Position numbers and translations under genes: made by a program. Under the pieces are notes generated by a model that was given only the letters and a program-made list of their open reading frames with translations, made no database searches and was not told where the DNA came from. From an uncultured Gammaproteobacteria bacterium (GTDB taxonomy: Bacteria; Patescibacteriota; Microgenomatia; Levybacterales; UBA12049): DNA of 64,000 nt. Below, piece by piece: positions 1 through 9,749 of this stretch. The stretch is from contig CAYQEE010000005.1 in assembly GCA_964416445.1 (NCBI GenBank), positions 52,060-116,059 of the forward strand. Direction: 5' to 3'. How positions within the stretch are numbered: the first letter of the stretch is position 1; every line of letters begins with the position of its first letter.

Positions 1-30
1 AAAAATTTCCAGCTCCGTGGAGAAGAATTT

Positions 31-2208
31 TTGAATATGATGCGAAAATTCTATGGTTCGCAAACATTAACCTTCAATAGTAGATTGCTTCGGTTTATGA
101 GCTTACTTTCAACAGACCCTGATGAAGTAGAAGAATTTTTAACCAGTGGCAGACGACAAAATAGAATTGGTGGTACTTTAGGAAGAGGAATGAGTGGTGC
201 ATTGCTTCTTCATTACCATCTTGACCAGCTTGGTCATCTTGGCGAAGCAGACTTAGTGCATGGCAAAAGTAACTTTATTGATGGATTAGGGGCGAATGTC
301 CATGAAAATGGAAAAATGGGAGGAAGACGAGCCTTCTTTCAGTCATTATTATACCAATCAATTGCTAAAAGCAAATATGCGTCAGCAATTATAGAAAATG
401 GACAACTAACAAATACGATGAGAAAAAAAGGTGAAGCGATATCCGAAGAACGAGATAGGCAGGGACGTCTCCTCGCAGAATTTGAAAAATTATTGAATAC
501 CTCAAAGGATTTAGACGAGCGAGGAAGAGCAAGTGAGAATAGCTATTCGCACATATTTGACAATATTAAAGCTGATCTCGCAAGAGGAGAAGAATCAGTG
601 TTAGAAAATATGATTTTTTATACTACAAAAGATCTCGCTCTTGCTCAGGATTTACTCAAGCCAATTCGCTATTTATTAGATGAAAATAATCCCGATACGA
701 GAAGAATACTCGCGGCTGAACAACAAAATCCAGGTACTGAAGAATTTGCGGTGCTTGAACAAAAACTTGCCCTTAAGATGACAGAACTGTTTTTAGGTAT
801 TACGCGGAAAGATTTAAATTTCTACAATGGACCAAAAAGTAGTAATCGATCCACCAGAAATGTTGTTCTAGAAGCAATAGAAGCTTCAGTTCAGGCACAG
901 TATAACTTAAATTATACAGATGCTCGATTTGGAGCACATTTTGTCTCGTTAATGCCATCGTTTATGGGAATTGGTGCAAAAAATGATACGAATATTGACA
1001 GTACGCAATGGTGGTCAACGGTTATGCAATTTAAAGAATATCGCATAAGAAATCCTAAAAAAGTTGATGTCGGAGATCCTGAAACGTTTAATACCGTTGA
1101 ACAATTCCTTACTTTTATGGAGGCAATTGCTATACAGGTGGGAACGGAAACCACGCCAAAAAGAGATAGTGATGGGAATCTTGTCGACAAGAACGGTAAA
1201 TTGATTACCAACGATGGCCAAGTTGAGTATGAATCAAAAGCAGTTGTTGTGCCTTTTTATCGATTTGTTGAATCGCTTCGTGATAATGTTTCCCTTATCA
1301 AAACAAAAGCGAATCCGGATCAATCTGAAAAAGGACCTGATGCGAATAAAGTAGGAGATCCCGTGATCATTGATAATGGTATGAAAAATTTCGTAGAACA
1401 ACATTTGAAAGGTATGGTTGATTTAGATGGTATTATTAAAAAACATAAATTTGACTTGATGGATGTCATGAAACAAGAAGGGGGAACAGGAAAATGGGTT
1501 GAAGATTCACAAAAAGCTGATGATAACTTTTTTAAAATGCTGGGCGCATTGCGTAATGTCATCTCAAAACCGGCATTCTCAGCATATTTAAATGATAAAA
1601 ACTATACCATTCCTGTTCGCGAATTAGTCCTTGATGAAAATGGAAAATCGACAGGTAAATATCGATTTGTTAATAAAACATTAGCAGAAATGATGTTTCA
1701 TAGGAATATTCGAAATACCTTTGTTGATCAGCTTCCTGATGAAAAAGGCAAAAATACCATAGATGCAAAAGAAACATTGGTAAAACAAATGATAAAGTTT
1801 TTAGCTACCATGAGTTATGAAAGACATAAATTCGACCTGTTTGGGGGATGGACTGAAGCTGGTAGACAAAGAGAATCCAAATGGCCAACCTGGACCATTG
1901 AACGATTCCAGGCAACAGATTATTTCCTGATGTACAATTTATTAGCAGAAGCAAGGCAATATAAGGATAAATATGGAGAAGGATTAGAGGACTTTATCGA
2001 AACTTACCATCAAACAAGAGGGTACTTTAGTAAAGCCGATATTGCAGACACGCATAAGGTTTCTCATACCGAATATTGGGGATCAGGCTTTCTTGGTCTT
2101 GGAGGAATGGAAGCGAGTTCAATGTGGACTGGTCTCCTTGGTGTTATTTGGTTAGCAATGTTCGAACAATTTTCCAAAGGACTTGGAGAAGCAACAAAAT
2201 TTAAATAA
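31..2208 (+). CDS. Large hypothetical protein (725 aa), possibly tail-anchored; the 5' end may extend beyond the window
   Basis: Uninterrupted 2.2 kb ORF. The track start is a TTG, and the frame stays open back to position 1. Charged, helix-rich composition. The C-terminal residues WTGLLGVIWLAMF form a single hydrophobic segment. No catalytic motif recognised. Confidence 0.5.
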   Translation: MNMMRKFYGSQTLTFNSRLLRFMSLLSTDPDEVEEFLTSGRRQNRIGGTLGRGMSGALLLHYHLDQLGHLGEADLVHGKSNFIDGLGANVHENGKMGGRRAFFQSLLYQSIAKSKYASAIIENGQLTNTMRKKGEAISEERDRQGRLLAEFEKLLNTSKDLDERGRASENSYSHIFDNIKADLARGEESVLENMIFYTTKDLALAQDLLKPIRYLLDENNPDTRRILAAEQQNPGTEEFAVLEQKLALKMTELFLGITRKDLNFYNGPKSSNRSTRNVVLEAIEASVQAQYNLNYTDARFGAHFVSLMPSFMGIGAKNDTNIDSTQWWSTVMQFKEYRIRNPKKVDVGDPETFNTVEQFLTFMEAIAIQVGTETTPKRDSDGNLVDKNGKLITNDGQVEYESKAVVVPFYRFVESLRDNVSLIKTKANPDQSEKGPDANKVGDPVIIDNGMKNFVEQHLKGMVDLDGIIKKHKFDLMDVMKQEGGTGKWVEDSQKADDNFFKMLGALRNVISKPAFSAYLNDKNYTIPVRELVLDENGKSTGKYRFVNKTLAEMMFHRNIRNTFVDQLPDEKGKNTIDAKETLVKQMIKFLATMSYERHKFDLFGGWTEAGRQRESKWPTWTIERFQATDYFLMYNLLAEARQYKDKYGEGLEDFIETYHQTRGYFSKADIADTHKVSHTEYWGSGFLGLGGMEASSMWTGLLGVIWLAMFEQFSKGLGEATKFK

Positions 2209-2235
2209 AGTTCAAATGTCTCTCAAGGGTAGCTT

Positions 2236-3849
2236 CTACGATCTTGGCGTTGATTCTTGTGTCATTGCATTATAGAGTCTATCTCGAGGACTACCTGCTC
2301 TCCCTAAGAGAACTCTTCTCCCAATACCACGGCTGGTTCCTTGATAAGGATTCTCTCTTTGCCATGCTTTTGCTCCAAACTTTCGTAATCCAGCTCCAGC
2401 AGCCCCTGCCCCAACAGCAAGGGATTGTCCAACTGCTGATCCTAACGCTCCTTTGGATTTCAATGCTTCTTTGACTGCATCAGGAATTTTCGGCAACATA
2501 AGAATTGCACAGAGAGCAATAATAGGTCCGACACTGATTCCCGGCACCATGGGTAAAATAAACGATGAAGTATTTGCTCCAATTTTTTGAGCAATTGCTC
2601 CTGCAATATACAAATAGCAGAGAGATATAGGGAAGATAAGCAAATTAGCCAACATATCCCTAAAGAATCCTCCTACTCCGCCACCAGGTGAACCGGGAAG
2701 ACCACCAAGGAGAATTCGAAGCGGACTTAAAATGACGTTAAACAAGATCGTAATATAGGCATTAATCAAAGACATCCAGAAGCGGAAGAGCGCGACAAGT
2801 ACTGCAACGGCAATGGCAAAGAATACAATCAGTTGAATTAATGAATCAATGCCCCATGGAAAAGGACCATTTGGGCATCCATTTCCTGAAATGGCACCAA
2901 TGAAGCAAATAATACCTGAAATGATATTCAATGGAATCAGTAAAATCAAACTGATTAACCCGGTAACAATACGTAGTGGGCCAAGAAACGGACCAACAGT
3001 TCCTGCAACTGTCTGCGCACCGGTCATGATGGATGCACCGACACCTCCCGAAGAGCTAAAGGCGAGATTTGCCGCATCAAATGGTGTTGTTGTACTAAAT
3101 AAAGAATTTGTCACATTTGTTCCTCCAACGGCAGCGGCAATAACATTTAAAAAGACAAAGGTGAGAACATAGGTAAGGTCAATGAGTAAACCTGCAATTG
3201 CGTAGGAAAAAGTGATCAAAAGAAGCCCAACGATGATTTTTGGTATTTGGTTCTGAAGTGTCATAACTGTTCGGGGATCGATCTTGATTCGAAGCATAAT
3301 ACCTAACCCAACAACAATAAAAACAACAACAATCATTAAATAGGCAATATTTCGAAACCCAATCCAAATTGACAAAATAGGATCTAACCCTTGTGCACCT
3401 ATTCCTACTTCATTTGGATTTGTCGCAGCATACGTGCGAGAGACTCCGTTAGCATGGAAATTTTGTGAAAGATAGTTAATATATGAATTCGTATGGATTG
3501 GAATTGCGTATGTTAATGCTAAGGTGTGTACCATGAATCCTAAAACGCCTCCACTTGGTTGTGTGTAAGAAATGTTGCCCGTTTTCACATCATATCCAAG
3601 GCACTGTCCGTTTGGTTTAGTTGGGTCGGTTCCTGTAAGAATACAAAGTCCTTCAGAAAGAATACTTAACAGAAGTCCATGGGTTACTGTTTGAAGATTG
3701 TGTGGTACATCAGCGTTTGTGTTTTGAAAAAGAAAATTGTTTCCAGAAGTTACTTGAGCATGTGCGGGTTGTGTAAATGATGTGAGAAGAAAAATATTTG
3801 AAGAAAAGAGAATGACAAGAAAAGTAAAAATGGACAATACTTTCTTCAT
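2236..3849 (-). CDS. Secreted polytopic membrane protein, TrbL/VirB6-like (tentative)
   Basis: The likely start is MKKVLSIFTFLVILFSS at 3849 (a signal peptide ending AHAQ), rather than the upstream Met of the track. After the signal come ~170 aa of extracytoplasmic domain, then 6 or more hydrophobic helices, then a Gly/Ala-rich C-terminal tail (GALGSAVGQSLAVGAGAAGAGL). This architecture matches VirB6/TrbL-family proteins, though no sequence motif proves it. Confidence 0.35.
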   Translation of the reverse strand: MKKVLSIFTFLVILFSSNIFLLTSFTQPAHAQVTSGNNFLFQNTNADVPHNLQTVTHGLLLSILSEGLCILTGTDPTKPNGQCLGYDVKTGNISYTQPSGGVLGFMVHTLALTYAIPIHTNSYINYLSQNFHANGVSRTYAATNPNEVGIGAQGLDPILSIWIGFRNIAYLMIVVVFIVVGLGIMLRIKIDPRTVMTLQNQIPKIIVGLLLITFSYAIAGLLIDLTYVLTFVFLNVIAAAVGGTNVTNSLFSTTTPFDAANLAFSSSGGVGASIMTGAQTVAGTVGPFLGPLRIVTGLISLILLIPLNIISGIICFIGAISGNGCPNGPFPWGIDSLIQLIVFFAIAVAVLVALFRFWMSLINAYITILFNVILSPLRILLGGLPGSPGGGVGGFFRDMLANLLIFPISLCYLYIAGAIAQKIGANTSSFILPMVPGISVGPIIALCAILMLPKIPDAVKEALKSKGALGSAVGQSLAVGAGAAGAGLRKFGAKAWQRENPYQGTSRGIGRRVLLGRAGSPRDRLYNAMTQESTPRS

Positions 3850-3937
3850 GTTAAATCTAGTGTGAAGTTTTTCTGAAAAAATGTCAAGGGCCCCAATGAA
3901 CAATACAGCAAGATGGTTACCCATAAAGAATATTTAT

Positions 3938-4936
3938 TTAAACGGCATTTTTTAGTGGAGAATGTTTCTGAAATGGAAACTGAGAAGGAGAGGGCCTTTG
4001 TGGACTGATCATATGATATTGATGCATAATTTTTTGTAATTGGCCAGATTGAGATAAAGTGACCAAAAGAGTAATAACCGAGGCAACGATAATGATTCCC
4101 ATGATCCAACCGATAGCAGATATAATATATATCCACGTCAATGATGTCTTCTCAACCATGTTTGTGGCAGCTGTTACTTGTTTATATAACAGAACAAAAT
4201 AAACTGATATAAACCAACCGAACAAAATACTGATAATAAAAGATAGAATTCCCACTATCACATGTAACCCCATTTGATCTTGAGGAATAATTCGAGGAAG
4301 AAACTGGATTGCTGTTTGCAGTAAACAAATGAGCAAAATTCTGACAAACACTTCTCCAAAGTGAGTTTTAACCATATGGTAACTATTTCGCAATGCAGTA
4401 AACCCTCGATGATTTCCCAGAATTACTTCGTAAGGGGTAAACACAAAAAAAATTGCAAAAAGGATACCTGGAAGAATCAGTAAGAAATATCCACCAAGGG
4501 TGACTAAACCAGTAAGAACATCAATGATAAAAAAGGGAAGAAGAAAAGGATAACTTTTTTTAATTGCTTCAAATACTGGTATCCTCCCCGAGGAATCAAT
4601 AACAATTATGGTAGCTATTTGTGAGATCAGTCCTATGATGATGATGGATATTGTTAACAGAATTATATCAACAATAACAAGAGGTATAAGTGCTGATATA
4701 TTATGAAACAGAAGCAGATAAATGAGTGTAAGAAGTAACAAGATGACACTAACGCACACAAAAGAAACAATACTCAAAATACTAATGACAAAAAGGGGGA
4801 GTAACGATTCTTTGCAAGTGCGGTATGTTTCTTCAAAAAGTGAACGTAATGGCGGTATTTGATGCTTTTTATATTGGCTATTATGCTCAGATTTCTTTTG
4901 CTCTTCCATATGTTCTTCCCCCCTCAAGTATTTCAA
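3938..4936 (-). CDS. Integral membrane protein, function unknown
   Basis: 332-aa ORF. Hydrophilic N-terminus, then at least 7 strongly hydrophobic helices. No recognisable motif. Confidence 0.5.
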   Translation of the reverse strand: MKYLRGEEHMEEQKKSEHNSQYKKHQIPPLRSLFEETYRTCKESLLPLFVISILSIVSFVCVSVILLLLTLIYLLLFHNISALIPLVIVDIILLTISIIIIGLISQIATIIVIDSSGRIPVFEAIKKSYPFLLPFFIIDVLTGLVTLGGYFLLILPGILFAIFFVFTPYEVILGNHRGFTALRNSYHMVKTHFGEVFVRILLICLLQTAIQFLPRIIPQDQMGLHVIVGILSFIISILFGWFISVYFVLLYKQVTAATNMVEKTSLTWIYIISAIGWIMGIIIVASVITLLVTLSQSGQLQKIMHQYHMISPQRPSPSQFPFQKHSPLKNAV

Positions 4937-4993
4937 TAAAATTACAGTAAGTCAAATGGTTCTGTGAGCAGGAATATTCTCTTCATATCTTTG

Positions 4994-5080
4994 CGGAGGG
5001 AGAGGGATTTGAACCCTCGATACCCTTGCGAGTATACAGCTTTTCCAAAGCTGCGCACTAGGCCACTATGCGACCCCTCC
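4994..5080 (-). tRNA. tRNA-Ser (anticodon GGA)
   Basis: The reverse complement folds as a class II tRNA. Acceptor GGAGGGG pairs with CCCTCC(T). Anticodon stem cagct/agctg with loop ttGGAaa. Long variable arm. T-arm gaggGTTCAAAtccctc. CCA is not encoded. Confidence 0.85.
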
Positions 5081-5102
5081 TTGTATATCATTATACCGAA
5101 CT

Positions 5103-5531
5103 TTATGTGAAAGTAGGTAAAATTGTTTTAGCTTCTTCCCAAACTTGTTTATCAGAATCAAACGTTAATCGTTTTGCAACTTCAGTCGGTGGTAACCATT
5201 CCACCTTTTCCATTTCCCAATCATGTTGAGAAATATCCCCACTTTGATAGCGCATGATAAAGTAATAGACTGTCTTTTTTCGCTTCACCCCATCCATGTG
5301 ATACCAATAGGTAACGGGATGTAAAGCGGTAAGTATTTTCCCTTTGACTCCTGTTTCTTCCTCAACTTCCCGTAACGCTGTTTCTTCTTTACTTTCACCT
5401 TTTACCTTATCTCCTATAAATCCTTTCGGGAATACCCATCCATGATGTTGCGAGTGCTGGCTAACAAGGATTTCTATTCCTTGTGCGCCAGTTTTAAAAA
5501 CTACCCCGCCTGCTGAAAATTCTTGCTTCAT
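5103..5531 (-). CDS. NUDIX hydrolase
   Basis: Nudix box GESKEETALREVEEETGV (GX5EX7REUXEEXGU) at the expected position. 142 aa. Confidence 0.85.
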   Translation of the reverse strand: MKQEFSAGGVVFKTGAQGIEILVSQHSQHHGWVFPKGFIGDKVKGESKEETALREVEEETGVKGKILTALHPVTYWYHMDGVKRKKTVYYFIMRYQSGDISQHDWEMEKVEWLPPTEVAKRLTFDSDKQVWEEAKTILPTFT

Positions 5532-5675
5532 ACGATTCTTGTTGTAAAGTTATTGTTAGCTCTCTATCAAGCATGATATTCAAATGAGAGGTACACTACT
5601 GTCGACCATTATACTGTATTTTATACCTATTTGCAGACATTCCAAAATACAGTATACTCTCAATAACAACAAGGT

Positions 5676-6017
5676 ATGGATATACAAAAGGAAATAGAGG
5701 ATATCAAGAAAGAGCTTGTTGAGCTTATTATCTCACATTTAAAAGCAAATAAGATGGAAGCACAACAAGCGCAAAAAATGGCAAACGATTTTCTTGGCAT
5801 ATTGCCAGTAAAAGATCAAAAGGATTTATTAGAAAAATTGAAAAAATTAGGGGACAGTTACCAAGAAATGCGGAGCTTGTATGTGAAAGAATTAGCTAAA
5901 TTTAATGAAGAACAACGTGAGCATGCGCTCTTAAAAATGCGAAACTCGATAGCTGAAGGAAAAATTGAAGATGCTATTAATGTTGCGAAACAATTGCAAG
6001 TGAATAGTGTAGTATAA
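5676..6017 (+). CDS. Small coiled-coil hypothetical protein
   Basis: 113-aa ORF rich in K/E heptad-like sequence. Ends 5 nt before the next ORF, so it is probably co-transcribed with 6023..8215. Confidence 0.45.
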   Translation: MDIQKEIEDIKKELVELIISHLKANKMEAQQAQKMANDFLGILPVKDQKDLLEKLKKLGDSYQEMRSLYVKELAKFNEEQREHALLKMRNSIAEGKIEDAINVAKQLQVNSVV

Positions 6018-6022
6018 AGACT

Positions 6023-8215
6023 ATGACTGAAATAAAAATAGCACCGAATGGACAAACTGTGGCAGCAAAACCTGAATTAAAAGTGGCGGCAGTCAGGATT
6101 GCTCGTGCAATTGAGCCAGATAGAAAAACGAAACCGCCAGTAAAAGATGCAAATCATCCTTATTACAAAGAAGGATTATTTGGACCAAAATCTCAAGAGG
6201 ATATTGATGCTGCATTCATTTATATAAACCGAACAAATGCACAAGCTGAGTACTATAGAGCTCGTTCGTCTTCTGATAAAGCAGCTGATATTACTCGCGC
6301 AAATGCATTAAGTCATGAGGCTGCTGATGTGGAAGATTTATTCCTTATGAAATATGATGCAGTACGAACTGATTTAGAAACAATACTTAATAGTATTACT
6401 GATCCGGACTATGACATACAATTACAAAAACGAGTTGATGCGAAAATGGAGTACTTTAAATCCCATGCTGAGGCATTAGAACAACGTGCGCAAAACCAAA
6501 GTACCCGCTTAGCCCAGGAAATGGAGTTTTTTACCGAGAGTGAGGCAAATGCTGCAATTCTTTTTTTAGAATCCGTTCCGCTTACTCCGCAGGATGTAGG
6601 CTATGATGATCCATTGAAATATGAACAAGCGTGCGTGCTTGCTGCGAAAGATTTTGCCCAATTACCTTTGGATGATCAAGGTCTTACGGACGATGCGAGA
6701 AGAGCTAAAGTTAGAACTCTTGCTGAACAAATTTACGCGAACGCCAACATAAATCATATGACACCTTTTGAAATGAGAGGAAAACAAAATGTGAATGCGC
6801 AAATAGCATCAAATAATGCTCGAATTGATGCTGTCTATTTAGCCGTCGCAAGTGAACTGAGTGCAAATCCTACAAAATATGCGGAAGCAGTACAGGAACA
6901 AAAATTTGACGTTTCTGAAGCTGAAATAGATCAAGAAATACAACGAGTTGCAGCAAGTGCTGGAGTAACCCAAGCGTCAAATTCATATGAATATCAAAAT
7001 ATCGTTAATAAAGTGTATGCCAGTCATTTGCGCGGAAAAGCAGAATCATTGTTAACTATTCCTCAAGCCTATCTTGATGCAAACGGAGATCCTGAAGCGT
7101 ATCGATTGAAATATCACGAAATGACCTCCCAAGCAACAGCACCTGTTCCTGCAGAAGCTATCATTGAAGCGGTTCATCAAGATGCTGTCGCAAAAGATCA
7201 GGAACTTATTCAAAAAGGAATTGAAAAGGCATATAACGATGTTTATATTGCTCAAGCGATACCATTACTTGACCAAGCGAAATTGATAGAAGCACTTGAT
7301 AATGGAAAGTTTGACGTGAGTGGTGCCTTTCTTCAGCAAGAAGTCTCTGATAAGCTGAATGCAGATGGGATAGATCCTGCTGATGCGGTGAAAGTTGCTA
7401 AAGTGAAACAAGGCGTCTATGCTCGTCATTTACGTGCAAAGACCGAGTCATCCTTGCACGTTCCGCAAGATGTTGATCAAAATGCGTATATATTAAAATG
7501 GAAAGATTTATATACACGGAATAAAGGTACAATTCCTTCAGAAGCTGAAGTGAGAGCGGCGTTAGGTATTGATCAAAAAGTTGCAGATGCGCTTAATAAG
7601 ACACAAGATCATGTAAAACTTACCTTTGAGGGTAAATACGCAAGCCAGTTACTTGATAATGAAGAAGTAAAAAGATATGTTGAAGCTTCAGTAAAACTGA
7701 TGGACGAAATGGCTGCAATGCATAATGATCCTGCGTATAGCGAAAATGATGATGTACTTCGGGAAAAGTTAGCTCCATTGCAACTGATGAAACAGTTATT
7801 GGAGGCAGAACAGCAAAAAAGAACTCTTACTCCTCAAGAGCAAGCTCAGTTAGATCATGCGACTAAAGAATTATCGTTAGGCAATGAGTTTCTTGCCAAA
7901 GATGATAAGGTAAAAAGAGAGGAACGAGCGCAATTGCAAACACAATTGAGACAAAAGGATTCAATTTTCCAGTCATATATTAATCATATTGGAACATTGC
8001 GAGGGATGACCCCAGAGTTTGCTCAAAAAATGAGAACTGCTATGGAGGATAAATGGTATCGGGGTAATAGTGAAAATTGGGATGAGCTGATGAGACAAAA
8101 AGAAACACAGAACTGGCTTTGGCTCTTAGGTATGTTAGGTGCAGTAATCATGAATGCTTCGGGAACTATTATGCTACAGGGTATCGGTCAAGCTGCTTCA
8201 GTCGGTCGACAATAA
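6023..8215 (+). CDS. Large hypothetical protein (730 aa) with a C-terminal transmembrane anchor
   Basis: Long, helix-rich, acidic ORF. The last ~30 residues (NWLWLLGMLGAVIMNASGTIMLQGIGQAA) form one hydrophobic helix. No recognisable enzymatic motif. Confidence 0.55.
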   Translation: MTEIKIAPNGQTVAAKPELKVAAVRIARAIEPDRKTKPPVKDANHPYYKEGLFGPKSQEDIDAAFIYINRTNAQAEYYRARSSSDKAADITRANALSHEAADVEDLFLMKYDAVRTDLETILNSITDPDYDIQLQKRVDAKMEYFKSHAEALEQRAQNQSTRLAQEMEFFTESEANAAILFLESVPLTPQDVGYDDPLKYEQACVLAAKDFAQLPLDDQGLTDDARRAKVRTLAEQIYANANINHMTPFEMRGKQNVNAQIASNNARIDAVYLAVASELSANPTKYAEAVQEQKFDVSEAEIDQEIQRVAASAGVTQASNSYEYQNIVNKVYASHLRGKAESLLTIPQAYLDANGDPEAYRLKYHEMTSQATAPVPAEAIIEAVHQDAVAKDQELIQKGIEKAYNDVYIAQAIPLLDQAKLIEALDNGKFDVSGAFLQQEVSDKLNADGIDPADAVKVAKVKQGVYARHLRAKTESSLHVPQDVDQNAYILKWKDLYTRNKGTIPSEAEVRAALGIDQKVADALNKTQDHVKLTFEGKYASQLLDNEEVKRYVEASVKLMDEMAAMHNDPAYSENDDVLREKLAPLQLMKQLLEAEQQKRTLTPQEQAQLDHATKELSLGNEFLAKDDKVKREERAQLQTQLRQKDSIFQSYINHIGTLRGMTPEFAQKMRTAMEDKWYRGNSENWDELMRQKETQNWLWLLGMLGAVIMNASGTIMLQGIGQAASVGRQ

Positions 8216-8299
8216 TTTTCTTGTAAGCTTTCTATCATCTCAATATCAAGCATAGTCAGTTGGTTTATGACATGATTCCTGCGTTAAGGAGGGATAGAT

Positions 8300-8935
8300 A
8301 TGGTAGAAGTACAGGGTCTTCCAGGAATACAACAGGTTGCTTATCACGTAGCGCGTGATGAAGTAGTTCCTCGTGCATTGGGGTCTTCTAGTGAAAACCC
8401 TTTTTCTAAAATTGAAGGCAAGGCACAATTGATGAAAGATGAACCTATCTTTTCCTCTCAAAACTTGGAGCAAAATAAAACAAATTCTTTTAATACAAAA
8501 GAGATTGATGTGCATGAACAAAATAAACAGGATACCTTGCCAAAGACTCATATTCCAAGGGATCTTGTCATCTTTAAAAAAGATCAGCAGATAAAAAACG
8601 ATCACCGAGTTGAGGAAAGAGTAAACATGAGTTCTCGTAAGAGAGATTTATCTGAATCTATGGAAAAGCGAAAGGGTTTATCAACACAGTCAGGAGTACA
8701 AGAAACACTGACAAACGTACTCCCTCAATTAGAAAAAACATTTGGAAAAAAAGTTCATACGATCACTGCTGATGCCGATTTCCTGTCGCTTCTTGTTGGT
8801 GAGACAAGAAGGGTAAATAATCAAGATGAGGAACATAATATTGTCTCATTATTTTTCAGATTACTTGTTTGGCTAATACAAATGGTATTAACGCAAGGTT
8901 TTTGGAAAGGAGAGAAGCTCGTAACACAAACGTAA
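8300..8935 (+). CDS. Hypothetical protein (low confidence ORF)
   Basis: 211-aa ORF of low-complexity charged sequence. It fills the gap between the 730-aa gene and tRNA-Arg. No motif. Confidence 0.3.
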   Translation: MVEVQGLPGIQQVAYHVARDEVVPRALGSSSENPFSKIEGKAQLMKDEPIFSSQNLEQNKTNSFNTKEIDVHEQNKQDTLPKTHIPRDLVIFKKDQQIKNDHRVEERVNMSSRKRDLSESMEKRKGLSTQSGVQETLTNVLPQLEKTFGKKVHTITADADFLSLLVGETRRVNNQDEEHNIVSLFFRLLVWLIQMVLTQGFWKGEKLVTQT

Positions 8936-8947
8936 TATTGAAATTTG

Positions 8948-9020
8948 CGCACTCGAGAGGATTCGAACCTCCAACCACAAGATCCGCAATCTTGCGCTCT
9001 ATCCATTAAGCTACGAGTGC
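8948..9020 (-). tRNA. tRNA-Arg (anticodon read as GCG)
   Basis: Reverse complement is GCACTCG...CGAGTGC-G with canonical arms. Anticodon stem caaga/tcttg with loop ttGCGga. T-loop TTCGAAT. 73 nt, no encoded CCA. Confidence 0.8.
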
Positions 9021-9053
9021 TAATATTCTGAGCGTATTGTAACTGACTTTTTC

Positions 9054-9644
9054 CTATGAAGCAACTTTGTGGACTTTTTTTACTTTTTCAACTGGTTCGA
9101 GAGGAAAATTTTTTGTCATCCAAGTACTTGCCTTATCAACAAATGTCGGTGGGATATATTCCCTGAAAGGTAGATAAGGTAACAATGCTTTTTTAATGCT
9201 TTCAATGTTAACCTCACCATTAGGAGTCAGAATAATCTCACCGGGAAAAATTGTCCGAGTTCTGACGACAATAACTTCCTGATTGTTTTGATGATCAATA
9301 AAAAAATCATATAATTCTTGCCACAATGAATAATGGTCTTCAACAAAAATACCCTCACTACTAATTCGAAATTTAAAATTATGGGGAGGAACAGCAGAGA
9401 ACGTAAATGCTAAAAATACGAAAGACAGAACGACAAGCATTTCGAGGTACATTGAAAATAAAAAAAGTATTACTTCAACGAAGAACATGATAATGAGTAC
9501 CGTTGCATAATACTCCCTTGTACGTTTTTTAAATGGTCTTCCTGGTGCTTCCCAGGTAAGAATCGTCTTTACTTCATTGAAATTCGCATGAATTTCTTGA
9601 AGATCTTTACTACCCAGTTCTTGACTTGTCTGTTGCTTGGTCAT
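9054..9644 (-). CDS. Membrane protein, function unknown
   Basis: 196 aa. Two adjacent hydrophobic helices (YYATVLIIMFFVEVILFLFSMYLEMLVVLSFVFLAF) followed by a soluble domain. Confidence 0.5.
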   Translation of the reverse strand: MTKQQTSQELGSKDLQEIHANFNEVKTILTWEAPGRPFKKRTREYYATVLIIMFFVEVILFLFSMYLEMLVVLSFVFLAFTFSAVPPHNFKFRISSEGIFVEDHYSLWQELYDFFIDHQNNQEVIVVRTRTIFPGEIILTPNGEVNIESIKKALLPYLPFREYIPPTFVDKASTWMTKNFPLEPVEKVKKVHKVAS

Positions 9645-9749
9645 AATTTTACTGTATATCAGAAAGTTATATTCGTCAAGAAAGAAAACAAGCAGTATAT
9701 TTTTGACAAAGTTTTATCAAAAACGTACAATTATAAGATATATTTTTCT

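Noticed and set aside
2849-3172. 107-aa plus-strand ORF inside the TrbL-like gene, and other short internal or antisense ORFs (1015-1562, 7052-7255, 10119-10874, 14443-14772, 24211-24567, 29953-30219, 31957-32706, 37033-37273, 38058-38423, 42819-43202, 48556-49221)
   Set aside because: Each lies within a longer ORF that has recognisable motifs or membrane topology, and their composition mirrors the AT-rich antisense strand. No RBS or motif supports them.
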